Source of the DNA: Candidatus Fraserbacteria bacterium
GTDB lineage: Bacteria > Bipolaricaulota > Bipolaricaulia > RBG-16-55-9 > DRXL01
Reading direction: 5' to 3'
NCBI GenBank assembly: GCA_947085185.1
Contig: CAMTVK010000007.1
Coordinates: 1 to 64,000, forward strand
Length of the DNA stretch: 64,000 nucleotides
Position numbers and translations under genes: made by a program
Shown here: one piece after another, positions 59,052-64,000 of the stretch
How the letters are laid out: each line of letters starts with the position of its first letter
How positions within the stretch are numbered: the stretch's first letter is position 1
Notes under the pieces: model-generated
What the model was told of the DNA's origin: nothing
Databases searched by the model: none
Seen by the model: only the letters and a program-made list of their open reading frames with translations

Positions 59052-59095
59052 ATCTTAGCCGACGACTAGCGTGCGCTCAAGGGGCGTGCTATAAT
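59052..59095. promoter_or_regulatory. Overlapping divergent promoters for uppP and metK
   Basis: Minus strand: TTGAGC, 17 bp, TAAGAT, with the uppP ATG 5 nt later. Plus strand: extended -10 TGCTATAAT at 59087-59095. Confidence 0.65.
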
Positions 59096-59136
59096 GTCAG
59101 ACAAGAATGCTCCGGCTTACCGCCGAGTGAATCTCT

Positions 59137-60306
59137 ATGAGCACATATCTTTTTACTTCTGAATCTGTAGCCGAGGGCCATCCCGATAAGATGTGCGATC
59201 AGATCTCCGACGCGATCTTAGACGCTGTCTTAGCCCAAGACCCCTCCGCCCGCGTCGCGTGCGAGACGTTCGCCACGAACGGACTTGTCCTGATCGCCGG
59301 GGAGATCACCACGACAGCCCGTGTAGACTACGCCGCGATCGCCCGCGAGACCATCCGAAGGATCGGCTATGATAAGCCCGAGTACGGCTTCGACGCCGAT
59401 CACTGTGGAGTGCTCGTCTCCATTCACGAACAATCGCGGGACATCGCACAAGCTGTTATAAAAGAATCTTCAGAGGACCCCTATGACGCCATAGGCGCAG
59501 GGGATCAAGGGATCATGTACGGCTATGCGTGTAAAGAAACTCCCGAGCTGATGCCACTTCCTATCATGCTTGCGCATCAATTAGTACGGAAGCTCGCGGA
59601 GCTGCGGCGCACCAAGAAGCTTCCCTATCTGCGCCCCGACGGGAAATCCCAAGTGACGATCGAATACGACGAGAAGGGCCACCCGGTGCGCGCGCACACC
59701 GTCGTGCTCTCCGCCCAACATACCCCAGACACTTCGCAAGAGCAGATCCGGCGCGATTTGACTGAGTATGTCATTCGGCCCGTCCTGGGAAAGTGGCTCG
59801 ATGCGAAGACAGTTATTCTCATCAATCCATCAGGGCGATTTGAGGTGGGCGGCCCATGCGGCGACACCGGCATGACCGGGCGCAAGATCGAAGTCGACAC
59901 CTATGGGGGCTACGGCAGCCACGGCGGTGGAGCATTTTCTGGGAAAGACCCAACGAAAGTAGACCGTTCAGCCAGTTACTATGCGCGGTACGTCGCGAAG
60001 AATATCGTCGCCGCGGGATTGGCTACAGAATGCGAAGTCCAAGTCGCTTATGCGATCGGGCAAGCCCGCCCCTTGGCGATTACCGTTGACACTTTTGGAA
60101 GCGGAAAACTCCCCAACGGCGAGCTGACACAGATTATCTACGAGCACTTTGACTTCCGTCCCGCCGCGATCATCGAGCACTTCAAGCTACGTCGGCCCAT
60201 CTACACACCACTGGCTGCATATGGGCACTTTGGACGCACCGATCTCGATGTGCCGTGGGAGCGCACTGATAAGACCGAAGCCCTGCGTAAAGCTGCCGGC
60301 TGCTGA
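59137..60306 (+). CDS. metK: S-adenosylmethionine synthetase
   Basis: FTSESV.EGHPDK, GAGDQG and GGGAFSGKD. Confidence 0.97.
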   Translation: MSTYLFTSESVAEGHPDKMCDQISDAILDAVLAQDPSARVACETFATNGLVLIAGEITTTARVDYAAIARETIRRIGYDKPEYGFDADHCGVLVSIHEQSRDIAQAVIKESSEDPYDAIGAGDQGIMYGYACKETPELMPLPIMLAHQLVRKLAELRRTKKLPYLRPDGKSQVTIEYDEKGHPVRAHTVVLSAQHTPDTSQEQIRRDLTEYVIRPVLGKWLDAKTVILINPSGRFEVGGPCGDTGMTGRKIEVDTYGGYGSHGGGAFSGKDPTKVDRSASYYARYVAKNIVAAGLATECEVQVAYAIGQARPLAITVDTFGSGKLPNGELTQIIYEHFDFRPAAIIEHFKLRRPIYTPLAAYGHFGRTDLDVPWERTDKTEALRKAAGC

Positions 60307-60347
60307 CGCCCACGTGATGTCCGTTACATTGTTGGCCTTGTCCGATA

Positions 60348-60356
60348 TGCTATAAT
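60348..60356 (+). promoter_or_regulatory. Extended -10 promoter element
   Basis: TGCTATAAT upstream of an AAGGAGG SD and ATG 60389. Confidence 0.6.
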
Positions 60357-60388
60357 GCCCTTAGAGCGTATCTCATGAAGGAGGATAT

Positions 60389-62650
60389 ATGGATCGGAAA
60401 ACTATCAAGATTCTTCTCTTGAGTTTGGGAGTCTTCAGTCTCTTGGTGAGTGCCCCTCAAGCTCAGACCGAAAATGTCAAATTCCAGATCGTCATTATCT
60501 TAGACGGCTCAGGCAGCATCTCTAACCAAGACTTCAAGACGATGGTCGAAGGGATCGCCAAGAACCTCGAAGAACCTGGGGTCGTCCCGCGCAACGGCAC
60601 GGTCGAGTTCGGATTAGTGCAGTTCTCCAGCAACTTGCGAGATCAGCGCTTCGATGTCGTCGGCGCTGCCGTAGAGGTCCCCATGACGGTGATCACCGAG
60701 ACGAGCGTGACTACTGTTATTCAGCGAGTGCGCGCCACAATCCAAGCTGGGGGATTTACCCCGCTGGTATCGGGAATTCAATTGGCTACGAAGATGGTCA
60801 CTCAAGACGCCCGTGCCGCAGCAAGCCAGATCTTCAATATCATTACTGATGGGAACCCCAATCTGCCCGGAGGGCGTGAACAAGCCAAGCAAGCCGCTCT
60901 CCAAGCCCGCGATGAGGCGGTCGCCGCGGGCGTCGATCAAGTGGACGCGGAGGGCATCGGTGATGCTCTCGCCGAGCAAGACTTCGTCAATTTCTTGCTT
61001 CAGCTCGTCTGGCCCCAACCGGGAGTGCTTGTGCAAAATGGACAATTCCCTCCCAAAGGAAAGAATGGGTTCGTGATCATGGCTCGGACATTCGCCGATC
61101 TGGAGCGAGCTCTCCGGCAGAAACTCATATTTATCTTGAACCAGTCCCCTGTGGCCGACCCCGGCCCAATCCCAGACGGCAAGCCCGACAAAGACCCCTA
61201 CACATGCACCACTGGGGAGACGATCACCCTCGACGGCTCAGGCTCGTTCGACCCCGATGGCCCCATCGCAAAATATGAGTGGGACTTCGACGGCGACGGC
61301 AAACCCGACGCCACCGGACCCAAAGTCAGCTTCACCTGCCCCGCTACCCCAGGGAGCGTCACTATAACCCTCACAGTCACCGACAGCGCCGGAACGACAG
61401 CGACCGCCCAGCAGACTATTACCGTGAGCCAAGCTCCACCATCTAACCAACCTCCGACAGCCAACTGTGGTACCGTCCCCGCAGAAGTCCTCGTGGGCCA
61501 GACTGTACAGTTAGATGGCTCAGGCTCTTCTGATCCTGAAGGAAAGACCTTGACCTATCAATGGGCGTTCGTGAGCAAGCCCACCGACAGCCAAGCCGTC
61601 ATCGAGAACCCCACCAGCGCGACGGCGTCGTTCAAGGCCGACAAAGAGGGCCCTTACACGGTGAAGCTGTCTGTCACCGACCCTGAGGGCGCAAGCGCCT
61701 CGTGCACAGTTTCCGTCACCGCGAAGAAGCTCGCCCCAGGAGGTCGCGAGGAGCTGGGCGCCATGAAACGCGATATTATCGAGCATGGGCGCACACTCAG
61801 GCTCTCTAAGCCCCTGGAAGATCTGCGATTGGCGCTCAACTTGGTGAAGAGCTTCGGTGCTCTGTCGTCAGCGCGCCAACTCATCAGCCAGACCCAAGAG
61901 ACCGTCAACGAGCTGCTCGTCTCACTCGCCGATACACGGCTGCTGATGGAATCCCTGGCACAGCGAGCTGAAGGAGTGCGCTTCCAAGTCGACGCCTTCG
62001 TCGAAACCAATACGATCAGCACCGAGCGCGCCAATCGTATCTATAAGAGTATAGATGCGCTGATCGCGCTCACCGATGGCGCTGGCGATTCTCTTGACGA
62101 GATCGAAACGCTCATCAATGATGCGCTTGATCTCTTAGCTGAAGCCAGTGACGCTCTAGGAGCGTCGGGAGCGCTGGCCGTCGAGCCCGCCCCCATCGCA
62201 GCGATGTCACCGTCAGAACTGATCCAGAGCGCTCGCGATAAGCTCGTGATGGCCTTTGCCCAATGGCGCGCCCTGCTCAATGGGGCCATCGCGCGCATTG
62301 ATAAAATCTCTTCACAGATGCGCGCAGCACTCAAGCTCGCGGAGCGGCGCAACCGCTTCCGGCTCGTCAAGCCCCAAGAGTTTATCACCCTGAACGCCCT
62401 CGGACAGACGGTACGCTTTGTGCCGAGCGCGCTGCGCTGGAGCGCACACAATTGTCAAGGGTGCTCTCTGAAAGTCACCGTGTACGGGTTAGATGGGCGG
62501 CGTCTCGTCGAGCAAGAGAGCGCCGGACCGACACTCACCCTACACTGGAGGCGCACCCCCGCTAACGGGCTCTACTGGTACGTGCTCACCATCACCAGAC
62601 CCGATGGGCAGCAGACCCAGCTCGTGAGCAAGTTCGTGCTGCTGCGTTGA
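60389..62650 (+). CDS. Secreted surface protein: VWA, two PKD-like domains, helical region and a C-terminal T9SS-CTD/FlgD-like domain
   Basis: Signal peptide, MIDAS DGSGS...T...ITDG, two LDGSGS.DP.G...Y.W repeats and tail VYGLDGR...NGLY...KFVLLR. Confidence 0.85.
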   Translation: MDRKTIKILLLSLGVFSLLVSAPQAQTENVKFQIVIILDGSGSISNQDFKTMVEGIAKNLEEPGVVPRNGTVEFGLVQFSSNLRDQRFDVVGAAVEVPMTVITETSVTTVIQRVRATIQAGGFTPLVSGIQLATKMVTQDARAAASQIFNIITDGNPNLPGGREQAKQAALQARDEAVAAGVDQVDAEGIGDALAEQDFVNFLLQLVWPQPGVLVQNGQFPPKGKNGFVIMARTFADLERALRQKLIFILNQSPVADPGPIPDGKPDKDPYTCTTGETITLDGSGSFDPDGPIAKYEWDFDGDGKPDATGPKVSFTCPATPGSVTITLTVTDSAGTTATAQQTITVSQAPPSNQPPTANCGTVPAEVLVGQTVQLDGSGSSDPEGKTLTYQWAFVSKPTDSQAVIENPTSATASFKADKEGPYTVKLSVTDPEGASASCTVSVTAKKLAPGGREELGAMKRDIIEHGRTLRLSKPLEDLRLALNLVKSFGALSSARQLISQTQETVNELLVSLADTRLLMESLAQRAEGVRFQVDAFVETNTISTERANRIYKSIDALIALTDGAGDSLDEIETLINDALDLLAEASDALGASGALAVEPAPIAAMSPSELIQSARDKLVMAFAQWRALLNGAIARIDKISSQMRAALKLAERRNRFRLVKPQEFITLNALGQTVRFVPSALRWSAHNCQGCSLKVTVYGLDGRRLVEQESAGPTLTLHWRRTPANGLYWYVLTITRPDGQQTQLVSKFVLLR

Positions 62651-62677
62651 TACATCTTAAGCTGAGCTTATGAGCGA

Positions 62678-62711
62678 GAAGACCCCCGCTTAGGCGGGGG
62701 TCTTCCATTTT
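62678..62711 (+). terminator. Intrinsic terminator
   Basis: 12 bp stem gaagacccccgc/gcgggggtcttc followed by catttt. Confidence 0.7.
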
Positions 62712-62855
62712 CACGAGATTTTCACGTGACGAGCACAGATTCGGCACCCGCGTCGCGCTATACTGAGCCCGGTACGATGCCCAAGGAGGAACACGAGATG
62801 AAGACGCTCTCACGCGCGCGACAGATAGGGCTCGCCGGCTCGGCGCTCTTCACTT

Positions 62856-64000
62856 TTACAGCTCCAAGGATCGCGTGGCGATCTTCTCTTGGATCCTCGC
62901 GATGACCCCAACCAGGGGCTGCGGCCCAAGATCCTGCCCCGTCCGCAATCTCACGGCCACGTGATCACACGAGGCTTCGCGCTCCCCAACCACCAAGAGA
63001 TACGGGACTTTCTGCGACTGATGGTGCCGGATACGATAGTTGAGCGTGTGGCTGCTGCTGTCGAGCTCGGCACGAATGTTCGCGGCTTTCAGCCTCTGTA
63101 AGACCCTCTGCGCGTATTCGTGCTGGCGATCGGTGATGGGCAGGACGACCGCTTGCACTGGAGAGAGCCACACCGGGAACGCCCCTGCATAGTGCTCAAT
63201 CAAGAAGCCAATCAATCGTTCATGGGTGCTCAGCGGCGCCCGATGTATACAGATAGGAGTCTCGTCTTGCCCTTGGGCGTTCTTGTAGACCAACCCGAAG
63301 CGCCTGGGCACAGCAAAGTCTACTTGGTTGGTCGCCAAAGTAAACTCTTTGCCGATAGCGCTCCAGACCTGCACGTCAATCTTTGGCCCGTAGAACGCCG
63401 CTTCGCCGGGAACTTCAACATAATTGATCCCCCCGTGCTGAAGCGCCCGACGGACCAGCTCTTCGGTCTGCTTCCAAAGCTCGGGCTCATTGACGTATTT
63501 CTTGCCGAGTTCTTTGGGGTCGTGCGTGCTAAAGCGCATCAGATACCTCTCGATCCCAAAGAGCTTGAAGTACTCCAAATACATGCGGCAGACCGCAAGA
63601 AACTCTTCTTCGAATTGCTCGAGCGTACAATAGATATGGGCGTCGTTCATCTGCATGCTGCGCACGCGCATCAGTCCGAAGAGCTCGCCTGATTTCTCGT
63701 AGCGATAGCATGTGCCGTACTCAGCCAAGCGCAACGGCAGATCGCGATAGCTTCGCGGGAGCGCTGCGAAGATCTTATGATGGTGCGGGCAGTTCATGGG
63801 CTTTAAGTAATATTTGACGCCCTCAAGCTCCATGGGTGGATACATCGAGTCTTGATAATACGGGAGATGCCCACTCTTCAGATACATAGACTCTTTACAG
63901 ATGTGCGGCGTGCGCACCCGCAGATACCCTGCCCGCGCTTCGGTCTCCTTGGCTAATCTCTCGAGCTCTTCGATGATGACCGCGCCTTTGGGCAACCAGA
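62856..64000 (-). CDS. thrS: Threonine--tRNA ligase, 5' part outside the window
   Basis: KPMNCP, RYEKSG..GLMRVR, FYGPK, HRAPL and the anticodon-binding domain. Confidence 0.96.
   Translation of the reverse strand, partial: WLPKGAVIIEELERLAKETEARAGYLRVRTPHICKESMYLKSGHLPYYQDSMYPPMELEGVKYYLKPMNCPHHHKIFAALPRSYRDLPLRLAEYGTCYRYEKSGELFGLMRVRSMQMNDAHIYCTLEQFEEEFLAVCRMYLEYFKLFGIERYLMRFSTHDPKELGKKYVNEPELWKQTEELVRRALQHGGINYVEVPGEAAFYGPKIDVQVWSAIGKEFTLATNQVDFAVPRRFGLVYKNAQGQDETPICIHRAPLSTHERLIGFLIEHYAGAFPVWLSPVQAVVLPITDRQHEYAQRVLQRLKAANIRAELDSSSHTLNYRIRHHQSQKVPYLLVVGEREASCDHVAVRLRTGQDLGPQPLVGVIARIQEKIATRSLEL

Noticed and set aside
59096..59136. SAM riboswitch before metK
   Set aside because: The leader is about 35 nt, too short for a SAM-I element, and no other consensus is visible.
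62678..62705. IS200/IS605 end hairpin
   Set aside because: Superficial resemblance only; no tnpA or tnpB nearby, and the position fits a terminator.
1..64000. CRISPR arrays, tRNA/rRNA genes, inteins, prophage
   Set aside because: No regularly spaced repeats, cloverleaf or rRNA signatures, intein motifs or phage genes were seen. Intergenic gaps are all short.

Overview
Dense, GC-rich bacterial chromosome segment made up mostly of housekeeping and central-metabolism genes. I saw no rRNA, tRNA, CRISPR array, prophage or transposase. Gene content and the style of the secreted proteins suggest a deep-branching lineage such as Bipolaricaulota/Acetothermia; this is an unverified inference. Main blocks: (1) lipA and a 2-oxoacid dehydrogenase complex with one E1-alpha, two tandem E1-beta genes, E3 and E2, followed by a heterodimeric ABC exporter; (2) a two-component cluster around a pilin-like secreted protein; (3) vapBC, rhodanese-SufU and coaBC; (4) pdxST-Uma2-gap-comF-dnaG-sigA-miaA; (5) an orphan ParA with a small RHH-like partner and an alkyltransferase-like/endonuclease V fusion; (6) an operon of a GltD/NfnB-like flavoprotein, Por, Kor and GDH behind a perfect FNR-type box; (7) ileS-birA-purA, uppP, metK, a VWA/PKD surface protein and thrS. 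Most notable observations: palindromic DNA elements sitting in frame inside ileS and birA (possibly purA); two E1-beta paralogues with different active-site loops sharing one alpha; lipA with no canonical start codon before its conserved N-terminus; a PduS-like flavoprotein lacking its Fe-S domain; a small protein followed by a multi-hairpin RNA; and a T9SS-CTD-like tail on the surface protein. All calls come from reading motifs by eye, and no database searches were run.
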